From positions 2,130,001 through 2,162,000 of the forward strand of contig NZ_CP021983.2 in the NCBI RefSeq assembly GCF_002075285.3: a stretch of 32,000 bases of DNA, given 5' to 3'. Of the stretch, positions 1 to 8,241 are shown one piece after another (the stretch's first letter is position 1; every line of letters starts with the position of its first letter). The position numbers and the translations under genes were made by a program. Below the pieces are notes generated by a model. It did no database searches and was not told where the DNA came from. It saw only the letters and a program-made list of their open reading frames with translations. This DNA is from Halomicronema hongdechloris C2206 (GTDB taxonomy: Bacteria; Cyanobacteriota; Cyanobacteriia; Phormidesmidales; Phormidesmidaceae).

Positions 1-1271
1 AGATAGGCAGCAAATGTCTGCTCACTCTCCGCAGGCCGCTGCCAATAGCCTTGGCCCACACTCGGCCCCGATACCCAGATTTCACCGATCTCATCGCCAG
101 CGCAGCGAATTTGTGTCTCAGGATGGGCGATCACAATCCGTTGTTGGGGCATGGTTTGGCCACAACCAACCAGGGACTGAGCTTGATCGACGCTGTGGCC
201 ATTGGCTTCTACCACGCGATTGTGCTCCAGGGCAACCTTTTGCAGCAACTTCACCACAGGCGCTTCCTGCTGACGCCCACCGGAGACCATCAGCGTTGCT
301 TCGGCCATGCCGTAGCAAGGATAAAACGCCTGGGAACGAAATCCACAGGTGGCAAACTCGGCGGCAAATCGCTCTAATGTTTGAGACCGCACCGGCTCTG
401 CCCCGTTAAAGGCAACGGTCCAACTGCTTAAGTCTAAGCTTTGCCGCTGCTCCGGCGTCACCTTTTCAACACATAGCTCATAGGCAAAGTTAGGTGCCCC
501 GCTGGTGGTGCCTCGATAGTGAGAAATCGTCTGTAACCAGCGGTAAGGGCGCTGCAGGAATGAAGCCGGCGGCATCAAGATGCAGGGAAAGTCTCCGTAT
601 AGCGGCTGCAAGATACCTCCAATCAACCCCATGTCGTGGTAAACCGGTAGCCAAGAAACAAACACACTCTCCGGCGAATGACCCATGAGCTCGTAGGTGA
701 CAGCCGCATTGTGGAGCAAATTACCATGGCTGAGCATCACCCCCTTGGGCATACCGGTGGAACCGGAGGTGTACTGGAGAAACGCCAGGGAATCTGACCC
801 TAGGGTCGGAGGCTGCCACTCCCCCGCAGCTCCCGCAGCCAGGTCATCAGTGGTCAGCCACTGTAAATCGGCCAAATCTTCATGCTTCCGCAATAATGAC
901 TGCAGCCTGGCTTGAATCACCGTGGTTGTCAGCGCTATTGCGGCCTCTGCATCTTTGACCACCGCCAGAATCCGGGGAGTATTGCGCTGATTGCGGGGAG
1001 GATAGGCAGGTACTGCGATGACTCCGGCGTAAAGGCAGCCAAAAAAGGCCGCTAAGTACTCCAAGCCTGGGGGATACAGCAACAGGGCTCGCTCTCCCTC
1101 CAGCCCCATGGCCTGCAGCCGCGCCGCGATGGTTCGACTCTGGTGATCCAGTTCCCGATAGGTGAGAGAACCAGCCTCTATTTCTCCATCCTTCAGAAAG
1201 GTAAACGCCTTTTGGCCAGGCTGATGTAGTGCCCTACGGCGCAAGAGATCGACCAGTGTGGAAAAGCTCAT
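1..1271 (-). CDS. fatty acyl-AMP ligase (FAAL) / AMP-dependent synthetase, N-terminal ~423 aa; gene continues beyond the left edge
   Basis: My own translation of the minus strand from the ATG at 1271-1269 (MSFSTLVDLLRRRALHQPGQKAFTFL...) is uninterrupted to position 1. Motifs seen: LQYTSGSTGMPKGVMLSHGNLL, SWLPVYHDMGLIGG, FYPCYGMAEATL, GEIWVSGPSVGQGYW. It is absent from the ORF track because there is no stop in the window. Confidence 0.85.
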   Translation of the reverse strand, partial: MSFSTLVDLLRRRALHQPGQKAFTFLKDGEIEAGSLTYRELDHQSRTIAARLQAMGLEGERALLLYPPGLEYLAAFFGCLYAGVIAVPAYPPRNQRNTPRILAVVKDAEAAIALTTTVIQARLQSLLRKHEDLADLQWLTTDDLAAGAAGEWQPPTLGSDSLAFLQYTSGSTGMPKGVMLSHGNLLHNAAVTYELMGHSPESVFVSWLPVYHDMGLIGGILQPLYGDFPCILMPPASFLQRPYRWLQTISHYRGTTSGAPNFAYELCVEKVTPEQRQSLDLSSWTVAFNGAEPVRSQTLERFAAEFATCGFRSQAFYPCYGMAEATLMVSGGRQQEAPVVKLLQKVALEHNRVVEANGHSVDQAQSLVGCGQTMPQQRIVIAHPETQIRCAGDEIGEIWVSGPSVGQGYWQRPAESEQTFAAY

Positions 1272-1524
1272 AATCAGTCTTAGAAATACTGGAGGCCAGA
1301 TTGGGAAGCAGGTCTATGTCAATCCTCTTGACCTGCCGATTGAAGGCATTTCAATAGCTTCAGGCATCAGGCTAGCAGATAGAGGGAAGCCTTAGAGCAG
1401 GGAATAAACAAGCAATGGTGACTAAGTTAGCTGATTACCCAGGCAATGACAAGAGGAGAACCAAGCTACCGATGATACCAATAGTAGAGTGCAATTGAGC
1501 AATACGAGATGGAAATCAAGTGCC

Positions 1525-1621
1525 GTGCAAATTTTGCACATCAGTCTGCAACAACGACTCCCTGGGATCATGCAATGTGCAATGCATTGCATGAAGCCTA
1601 CCCTTGATGCAGCAAATTTGC
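1525..1621. promoter_or_regulatory. cluster of three TGCAA..TTGCA-type palindromes (candidate operator sites) upstream of the FAAL gene
   Basis: GTGCAAAtTTTGCAC at 1525-1539, perfect 14-mer TGCAATGCATTGCA at 1578-1591 (preceded by a direct TGCAATG), and GCAAATTTGC at 1612-1621. All lie 250-350 nt upstream of the FAAL ATG in an AT-rich intergenic region. Confidence 0.3.
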
Positions 1622-1964
1622 AAGTGTTTTGAGGACGACATGACATCAATCAATCCTTAACATCGATTGATGCTTGGGATGAAGCCTGTCATGTTTTCTG
1701 CAAAGACTCAGTTCGCTTAGATTCTTTATCCATAAAGGGCTCAGAGAACGGCTCCAGACATCATTCATTGATTTAATTCAATACCAGGCAATTCAGATTT
1801 AGACCTTTACCTAGCTGCATTTAATCAAAATCGTTACCATTAGAAGATAAACATCGGAACACTTAGGATTTTTCAGTAAAACTTAATATTCAATTCGCTG
1901 AGATGACTAATATCAAATCCGCTAAAATGACTGGCGTTACAGCGATTGATCACAACTGCGACAT

Positions 1965-2159
1965 GTCATTCCGGGCAAGCGCAGCGCGACCCGGAATCCA
2001 GCCGGAATCCAGGTAGAGGGCTTGGCAACCGGCCGATAGTCCTCATTGCGACGGATCGCACGTAGCCATGACATACCACCTCCAGCTCCAAAGTCTAGAC
2101 AGAGCACTCTAAACTCTGCCGGGCTTGACGCTCTGGATTCCGGCCGCCGCGGGAATGAC
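1965..2159. repeat. MITE-like unit: two inverted copies of a GTCATTCC..CCGGAATCCAG hairpin repeat flanking ~131 nt
   Basis: Left arm at 1965-2001 is GTCATTCCGGGCAAGCGCAGCGCGACCCGGAATCCAG. Right arm at 2133-2159 is CTGGATTCCGGCCGCCGCGGGAATGAC, the reverse complement of the same family. CCGGAATCCAG is tandemly duplicated at 1990-2012. Confidence 0.5.
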
Positions 2160-2462
2160 GAGAGTAAGGTCTACTCAGCAGATCGCTGTTCCCCTTCCTC
2201 CCCGCCGTGGAGCGATCCATTTCCATAATGAGAATTGCTGCGAAGAAACAGGCTTAATTCAATCTAAAAACTTTTATTGTACTATATTAGGCATTTCGAA
2301 GTCAATATGCCTGTCTAACAGTCATTCCATTGACGTTATCCCCATCAAGTTGAGATTATTGAGATTGGTTCCTATCAACTTTATTCCTGGTGGTCGACCA
2401 CTAGTTTACAGTCCTGATTTTGATTAGAAATTGTTTGCTCCTCCAAGAGAAAACCCATCATC

Positions 2463-3558
2463 ATGATTCAAGCGAATGACTTAGAGACTAACTTGGAGAC
2501 CAATTGCCGTTTTTGCTCGCTGGTCTCCAAAGCCAATGGCCAAGACCCCATCGGCTCTGCCGGTACCTATCACCACTGGCTGATCGTAGAGATCCCTCAA
2601 CCTTGGCCCACCACCATCTGGCAAGAGCATCCCATCGTGGCGCCAGTGCTACAAATGGTCAAGGCCTTGCGCCAGCAGGGGGTCTATGTGCGCCCATTGA
2701 TGATTGCCCCGGAGCGTGACTATTCTCACCCCGACTTCACCCGGGTTCTCTACTATCGCCGTCCCCAAGCATGTTTTACTGCCTTTGAAAAGCAAGAGTT
2801 TCTCCTTCCCCCCTCAGAGGTTGTTCCCCTGGCCACCGCCTTACTGCAACAGCCCGCCGCTCTCCCCCAGTTCGAGGCCTACCGCCAACCCACCCAGCAT
2901 CTCCGCGAACTCTTCGTCTGCACCCACGGCAACGTCGATGTCGCCTGCTCCCGCTTTGGCTATCCCATTTATCAGCAGTTGAAAAAAACCTATGCGGTCG
3001 AGTGGAAGCCTGAATCCCCCCCTCCCCCCCTCCCCATCGCCCCCACTCAAAACTCAAAACCCAAAACTCAAAACTTCCCCCACCCCCCTCCGCGTCTGGC
3101 GCTGCTCCCATTTCGGTGGCCATAACTTTGCCCCTACTCTCATCGACCTACCGACGGGACACTATTGGGGGCATCTAGAACCTGATGCTCTCGATGCCCT
3201 AGTCTATCGTCAAGGAGATGTCCAGCAACTGCGGCGCTTTTATCGCGGCTGGAGTGGCCTGCGGCGCTTTGAGCAGATGGTGGAGCGAGAGCTGTGGATG
3301 CAGCACGGCTGGGATTGGTTGAGCTATGGTAAAGTCGGCCAAACCCTGGCCATGGATACCCCCCAGGAGGATGAGTATGATGCCGACTGGGCCGAGGTGC
3401 GCATTGACTTTGAAGCCCCAGATGGTTATGAGGCTGGTGCCTATGCAGCCCGGGTGGAGGTGGCTGGCGAGGTGCTAACCCAGTGGCGATCGGGAGAAGA
3501 GCATCCTTTAGAGCCGGTGAAGCAATACCAAGTCACTCAGTTGCATCGTGTCGCCTAA
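2463..3558 (+). pseudogene. sucraseferredoxin-like (thioredoxin-like 2Fe-2S) family protein, frameshifted as assembled
   Basis: ORF 2463-3125 carries CTHGNVDVACSRFG. ORF 2992-3558, in a different frame, carries SHFGGHNFAPTLIDLP. These are the two halves of the Sucrase_ferredoxin signature. The frames switch inside the poly-C / heptamer tract at 3016-3090. Confidence 0.7.
3016..3090 (+). repeat. almost G-free low-complexity insert: two C7 runs plus (ACTCAAA)x4 heptamer array
   Basis: Sequence is CCCCCCCTCCCCCCCTCCCC...ACTCAAAACTCAAAACCCAAAACTCAAAAC...CCCCCACCCCCC. The heptamer array is at 3045-3072. Confidence 0.8.
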
Positions 3559-3659
3559 GCCTTAAATTTGCAACCCTGATAGTAGGTACTGACAAAACCT
3601 GCTAGAACCCAGACTATCCAAAGGGTCAGGGAACCTGCCCCCTATAGCATCCGAAATCT

Positions 3660-3692
3660 GGTAAGGGCGCGGTTTCCGCGCCCAATGCAGAA
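3660..3692 (-). repeat. REP-like palindromic element (GGCGCGG-N3-CCGCGCC hairpin), copy 1
   Basis: The reverse complement, TTCTGCATTGGGCGCGGAAACCGCGCCCTTACC, matches 31374-31406 at 31 of 33 positions. It lies ~100 nt after the stop of the upstream gene. Confidence 0.6.
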
Positions 3693-3900
3693 TCTTTTGC
3701 CAGTCAACCAGGGTGCTTGCTGCCCGTCATCTGGTGAAGATTCATCACGTGGATAATTCTGCTTTCCCCTACCCATCTACCCCCTGCCCTACGGGCGGGC
3801 TAGGCCTGAGGCTCCGTTGCTCATAGAGCCACGGACGTGCTGAGTATCGCCTGGCTGCAAGCCATACGGACAAGTCTACCCATCTATCCATCTCTACTCT

Positions 3901-6021
3901 ATGCTATCGATACCATGCCTCCCCAACCCGATGCGGCGCCTGATCTGGGTGCTCCTAGGGGGTGCCTTAGCCTTGCTCATCGGGGTCTCCTGGCCGCTTG
4001 CTGGTACCACCGCCACTGAAATCCTTTGGGATACCTACGGAGTGCCCCACATCTATGCCGATGATACCGAGGAGCTCTTTCGGGCCTTTGGCTGGGCCCA
4101 AGCCCAGAGTCACGGTGATCTGATATTACGCCTGTATGGTCAAGCTCGGGGCCGCGCCGCCGAGTACTGGGGAGAAGATTACCTGGACTCAGACCGCTGG
4201 GTGCACACCATGGGCATTCCCAGTCGCGCCCAAGCCTGGTACGAGGCCCAAACACCGCAATTTCAGACCTACTTAGATGCCTTTGCGGCAGGGGTCAATG
4301 CCTATGCCCAGACCCATGAAGCGGCCATTGCCGATGAGGTCGAGGCGGTATTGCCCATTAGTGGGGTCGATCTCCTAGCCCATGGCCAACGGGTGCTCAA
4401 TTTCACCTTTGTGGTCAATCCCCAACAGGTGGCTGCCCTGGCCACAGACGACTCGGCAGCGGCAATGGCCCTGCCGACACCGGGCTCTAACGGCTGGGCC
4501 ATTGCCCCCCAGCGCTCCGCCAGTGGTGAGGCCATGCTGCTGGCTAATCCCCATCTGCCGTGGTCCGAGGCGTTCCGCTGGTATGAAGCTCATCTAATTG
4601 CTCCGGATCTCAATGTCTATGGGGCTAGTCTGGTGGGAATACCGGTGCTCAATATTGCCTTTAATGACCAGCTGGGGTGGACCCACACTGTCAATCTTCA
4701 TGATGGTTGGGATGCCTATCAACTGCGCCTGACGGAGGATGGCTACTGGTTCGACGGGCAGATGCGACCCTTCGAGGTCAGCACCCAGGCCCTCCAAGTC
4801 AAGCAAGCCGATGGCACCCTGCAGCCGAAGACCCTGACCATTCGGCGCTCGCTCCATGGGCCAGTGGTGCAGGAACAAGGAGATACGGCCATTGCCCTAC
4901 GGGTGGTGGGGCTGGAGCATCCCGGTGCCCTGGAGCAGTGGTGGCAGATGGGGCGCGCCCACACCTTGGCGGAATTTGAAGCAGCCCTGCAGCGGCTGCA
5001 AATCCCGATGTTTACGGTGCTCTATGCCGACCGGCAGGGGCACATCCTGCATCTATTTAATGGTCATGTGCCCGTGCGGTCAGGGGGCGATGTCGAGGAC
5101 TGGAGTGGTCTTCTCCCTGGGGATACCTCTGACACCCTCTGGAGCGAGATTCATGCCTACTCAGAGTTGCCCCGGTTGTTGGATCCCCCCACTGGCTGGT
5201 TGCAGAATGCCAATGATCCTCCCTGGACCACCACCCTGCCGCCGGCGATCGACCCAGACGACTATCCCACCTACATCGCTCCCCTCCCTTCCATGGATTC
5301 CCGTGCCCAGCGCTCTGCTCGGATGCTGGCCGAGGATCAACAAATCTCCTTTGAGGAGATGGTCAAGTACAAGCACTCGCCCCGGATGGAACTCGCCGAT
5401 CGCTTACTTGATGATCTGATTCCTGCTGCCCGGCAGCAGGGGAGGTGCACGAGCACGTCGGGCTGCCGATGTCCTGGCTGCCTGGGATCGGGGGCGGCGG
5501 CCGATAGCCGCGCGGCGGTGCTATTTGCCACCTGGGCGCGGCAGGTCGATTTGGAGCGTCTCTTTGCCACACCCTGGGATGAAAATGCCCCTCTGAGTAC
5601 TCCTGCTGGACTGGCGGATCCGGCGGGGGCGGTGGCAGCCCTAGAAGCAGCGGCGGCTCAGGTACAGACGGCCTATGGAGCCCTGGATATTGCCTGGGGA
5701 GATGTGTTTCGCCTGCGCTCTGGCCCGGTAGACTTACCGGCCAGTGGCGGGCCGGGCCATTTAGGGATTTTTCGCAATCTGTGGTTTGCCCCTGAGGAAG
5801 ACGGCACCTTCACTGCCGTTGGCGGCGATTCCTATGTAGCAGCGGTTGAATTTTCAGACCCGGTGCGGGCGATGGCGGTGATGACCTATGGCAATGCCAC
5901 CCAAGCGAGTGCACCCCGTCAGCAGGAGCAATTAGACCTGGCTGCGCAACAGCAGTTGCGGCCGGTGTGGCTATCTCGAGCGGCGATCGAAGCGAATTTA
6001 GTGGTTCGTGAATCCTTCTGA
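3901..6021 (+). CDS. penicillin acylase family Ntn hydrolase (peptidase S45), acyl-homoserine-lactone acylase-like, secreted
   Basis: 706-aa ORF with an N-terminal signal-like segment (MRRLIWVLLGGALALLIG). It carries ILWDTYGVPHIYA and the Ntn nucleophile context PGSNGWAIAP. An alternative start is possible at 3931. There is an internal 18-codon out-of-frame patch at 5439-5494 (see findings). Confidence 0.8.
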   Translation: MLSIPCLPNPMRRLIWVLLGGALALLIGVSWPLAGTTATEILWDTYGVPHIYADDTEELFRAFGWAQAQSHGDLILRLYGQARGRAAEYWGEDYLDSDRWVHTMGIPSRAQAWYEAQTPQFQTYLDAFAAGVNAYAQTHEAAIADEVEAVLPISGVDLLAHGQRVLNFTFVVNPQQVAALATDDSAAAMALPTPGSNGWAIAPQRSASGEAMLLANPHLPWSEAFRWYEAHLIAPDLNVYGASLVGIPVLNIAFNDQLGWTHTVNLHDGWDAYQLRLTEDGYWFDGQMRPFEVSTQALQVKQADGTLQPKTLTIRRSLHGPVVQEQGDTAIALRVVGLEHPGALEQWWQMGRAHTLAEFEAALQRLQIPMFTVLYADRQGHILHLFNGHVPVRSGGDVEDWSGLLPGDTSDTLWSEIHAYSELPRLLDPPTGWLQNANDPPWTTTLPPAIDPDDYPTYIAPLPSMDSRAQRSARMLAEDQQISFEEMVKYKHSPRMELADRLLDDLIPAARQQGRCTSTSGCRCPGCLGSGAAADSRAAVLFATWARQVDLERLFATPWDENAPLSTPAGLADPAGAVAALEAAAAQVQTAYGALDIAWGDVFRLRSGPVDLPASGGPGHLGIFRNLWFAPEEDGTFTAVGGDSYVAAVEFSDPVRAMAVMTYGNATQASAPRQQEQLDLAAQQQLRPVWLSRAAIEANLVVRESF

Positions 6022-6307
6022 ATCGATGCGGGAGGCGATTCAGGCAAGCGCAGACAGAGAGCAGCGGTCGTTTACCTTTGTGGTGGAGATGCTGCTTCGG
6101 GAAGCGCTAGAAGCCAGAGAGGGCCAAGAATCCTAGGTGAACTACTGTGTAGGGAGCACCTTGATGGGGCTCAACCACTAATGCTGCTACCTGGTTCATG
6201 GGTCTAATGAGCCAATAAACAGATCCTGTGAAATCGCTGCATAGATGGTGTGCCAGCATCCGTTTCAATCTGCTAGGTTGAAGACACTGATCGGGCCAAG
6301 TTGACCT

Positions 6308-6922
6308 ATGACCATCGCGATCAACCCACCAACATTGACCATTGACGAGTTTCTTGCCGGTTACGGTGATGATAATCGCTATGAACTGATCGATGGAGAG
6401 GTATTCGACTTGGAACCGACAGGGCCACATGAAGAAGTAGCCGCCTTCATCACCAGCAAGATCTGTGTCCAGATCGATCTGCAAGGGTTGCCTTGGTTTG
6501 TCCTGCAACGCGGACTATTACGCCCTTCTGGCATGGGTAACACAGCATTTCGACCTGACGTTGCAGTGGTTGATCGAAATGAACTGGCAAAAGAACCATG
6601 TTGGATGGAACAATCGATGCTGACCCTAGGTAGCTCGATTAAATTTGTAGCAGAAGTCGTCAGTAGCAACTGGCAGAATGATTATGCCCGTAAGACTGAA
6701 GATTATGCGGCGTTAGGCATTCCTGAATATTGGATTGCAGATTATGCTGGCTTAGGGAGGACTCGATATATTGGGAAACCCAAGCAACCCACCCTTTCTA
6801 TGGGTATCCTGGTGCATGGAGAGTATGAGGTTCACCAGCTGCGTGGTTCTCAAAATGTCGTTTCACCCACGTTTCCGAGTTTGAATTTAACGGCTGAGCA
6901 GGTATTGAAAACTGGTCGATAA
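6308..6922 (+). CDS. Uma2 family endonuclease (DUF820)
   Basis: 204 aa with YELIDGEV, FRPDVAVVD, FVAEVVSSNW and the GIPEYWIADY pattern typical of Uma2/DUF820. Confidence 0.8.
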   Translation: MTIAINPPTLTIDEFLAGYGDDNRYELIDGEVFDLEPTGPHEEVAAFITSKICVQIDLQGLPWFVLQRGLLRPSGMGNTAFRPDVAVVDRNELAKEPCWMEQSMLTLGSSIKFVAEVVSSNWQNDYARKTEDYAALGIPEYWIADYAGLGRTRYIGKPKQPTLSMGILVHGEYEVHQLRGSQNVVSPTFPSLNLTAEQVLKTGR

Positions 6923-6957
6923 ACTCTCTGTGGTGCAGCTAGCAACGCTAAGGATAT

Positions 6958-7560
6958 CTACTCCTCAGCTGTCAAAATCTGCTCCACCGTCAACCCCAAC
7001 TCCGGAAACGTCAGACACGGCACTGCCTCCCCCTCCACATATTCCGCCTTCTGATAAACCCCATCCTCCAGCGTCAGCACAATTACCTTCTTGCCCTTCC
7101 CCCGCTGGCAATACTTCGCCGGAATTTGTCCCCGATAATCCACAATCCAGTACTCCGGCACCTGTAGCGCCTCGTATTCTTCCTGCTTCTCCACCAAGTC
7201 CGTACTCCAGTTTCCAGAGGCAATCTCCACAATCATCCGAGGAACGCTGCGAATCCCCGGTTGCCGATCCTCTCGCCGCGTTGCAGGACGATCAATCACC
7301 GCAATATCGGGGCGGCGTCCTCTAACATCGTCAATCATCAACGCATTGCGCTGCCGCACTGAGTATCTCAGCGTCATGCGCCGATACTGTAGCTCAAACA
7401 TAAACGAGAGGAACTCTAGAATCTCTTCATGCCAATCATCCGGCTCCGGCATGAGCACCAACCTCCCATCGACCAATTCATATTCATTGAGTTCATTGCC
7501 ATCCTCCACGTCAATGAACGCTTCAAACGTCAAGTCTCGTGTGGCAGCCGGAATCATCAT
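6958..7560 (-). CDS. Uma2 family endonuclease (DUF820)
   Basis: 200 aa with YELVDGRLVLMPEP, RRPDIAVIDR, IVEIASGNW and VPEYWIVDY. It is convergent with the paralog at 6308-6922. Confidence 0.8.
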   Translation of the reverse strand: MMIPAATRDLTFEAFIDVEDGNELNEYELVDGRLVLMPEPDDWHEEILEFLSFMFELQYRRMTLRYSVRQRNALMIDDVRGRRPDIAVIDRPATRREDRQPGIRSVPRMIVEIASGNWSTDLVEKQEEYEALQVPEYWIVDYRGQIPAKYCQRGKGKKVIVLTLEDGVYQKAEYVEGEAVPCLTFPELGLTVEQILTAEE

Positions 7561-7648
7561 GGCACTTTGGATCAGTCTGTGGTGGCGTCAGCCTGTCGGT
7601 CGGCCTGTCGGTCGGTCTGAGCACCTAGGCGCATAAGGAGACATCAAT

Positions 7649-7837
7649 ATGCTGCCATTCTACTTCGTCATCACAGCGGGCATATACCTGCTCGACCAAC
7701 AAGACGATATCTATCAAGGGCGACTCCCCGAACTCCAGCAAGATGCCCAGATCAGCAGGGAAGCAGCCCAGCGGAACGAACTCGTCGAAGACACCACCGC
7801 TATGACCCTGATTCGAGAAAATCTGCGGTCTCGCTAA
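7649..7837 (+). CDS. hypothetical small protein (62 aa) with N-terminal hydrophobic segment
   Basis: ATG is preceded by AAGGAG with an 8-nt spacer. The N-terminus MLPFYFVITAGIYLL looks transmembrane. No recognisable family. Confidence 0.4.
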   Translation: MLPFYFVITAGIYLLDQQDDIYQGRLPELQQDAQISREAAQRNELVEDTTAMTLIRENLRSR

Positions 7838-8008
7838 CCCTTCTCTCAGTCGTGATGTTTTAGCTTGGCCTCACCTACTGTCTGTCGGTAGACGCCCAGT
7901 AGACAGCGTGTCTACCGGGCAAAGGTGTCCGCTTCAGGAACCCAGCGAGGCTCTGAATCACCTTGTTGAAGGGCCATACAGCCTTTATCCTGCATGGGCT
8001 TGAGAGAA

Positions 8009-8138
8009 TGGAGAATAGGGGATTCGTTAGCGCAGCTCCTCCGCAGGAGGCACCCCTGACCTCTGCGGTGCGATTGGCCTCCGGCCAGGCTGAGTCTTTC
8101 AGACTCGCTTCGCGAACGCCTACGCAGCGCCTACCAAC
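8009..8138 (-). pseudogene. degenerate tRNA-Ala(CGC) copy interrupted by 26-nt and 48-nt hairpin-forming inserts
   Basis: 8009-8026 is identical to 8151-8168 (18/18) and 8053-8074 is identical to 8171-8192 (22/22). Extra sequence sits at 8027-8052 (T-loop position) and at 8075-8122 (anticodon stem/loop junction). The D-arm part is degenerate and the 5' acceptor is missing. Confidence 0.7.
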
Positions 8139-8150
8139 CAGAGTTTTCAA

Positions 8151-8223
8151 TGGAGAATAGGGGATTCGAACCCCTGACCTCTGCGGTGCGATCGCAGCGC
8201 TCTACCAACTGAGCTAATTCCCC
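8151..8223 (-). tRNA. tRNA-Ala (anticodon CGC)
   Basis: The reverse complement is GGGGAATTAGCTCAGTTGGTAGAGCGCTGCGATCGCACCGCAGAGGTCAGGGGTTCGAATCCCCTATTCTCCA. The cloverleaf folds by hand, with a G3:U70 Ala identity pair, U33, anticodon CGC and A37. CCA is not encoded. Confidence 0.92.
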
Positions 8224-8241
8224 GTGTTGTCCGCACCGCAT

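Noticed and set aside
1422-1649. Cys-rich 75-aa ORF on the minus strand in the AT-rich spacer. It could be mistaken for a small Cys-rich peptide or a RiPP precursor next to the FAAL gene.
   Set aside because: The cysteines are a by-product of the TGCA-rich palindromes (TGC/GCA codons). There is no RBS, the composition is odd and it lies in a clearly non-coding AT-rich region.
3045-3072. Tandem heptamer and octamer arrays (here and at 31501-31594) considered as CRISPR-like arrays.
   Set aside because: The units are 7-8 nt with no spacers. No 25-40-nt repeat/spacer periodicity exists anywhere in the window.
6026-6136. 36-aa ORF (MREAIQASADREQRSFTFVVEMLLREALEAREGQES) resembling the two helices of a ribbon-helix-helix antitoxin or CopG domain.
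   Set aside because: The N-terminal beta-strand needed for an RHH fold is missing (a stop lies at 5999-6001), and the ORF is too short to support. It is possibly a remnant and is not called as a gene.
6107-6508. 133-aa minus-strand ORF.
   Set aside because: It overlaps the start of the Uma2 gene on the other strand and has no recognisable features.
6930-7325. Pro-rich 131-aa + strand ORF.
   Set aside because: It is antisense to the well-supported Uma2 gene at 6958-7560. The low-complexity translation is typical of the reverse frame.
7591-7614. Perfect tandem 12-mer GCCTGTCGGTCG x2 upstream of the second Uma2 gene.
   Set aside because: It is real but minimal: two copies only. No function can be inferred, so it is not worth a separate finding.
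8106-8117. Shared 11-mer GCTTCGCGAAC between the tRNA pseudo-copy insert and 31463-31473.
   Set aside because: Matches of this length are expected by chance many times among all position pairs in 32 kb, and the flanks do not align.
7875-8160. ORFs 7875-8150 (-) and 7963-8160 (+) across the tRNA-derived region.
   Set aside because: They cover tRNA pseudo-copies and hairpin inserts. There is no coding signal.
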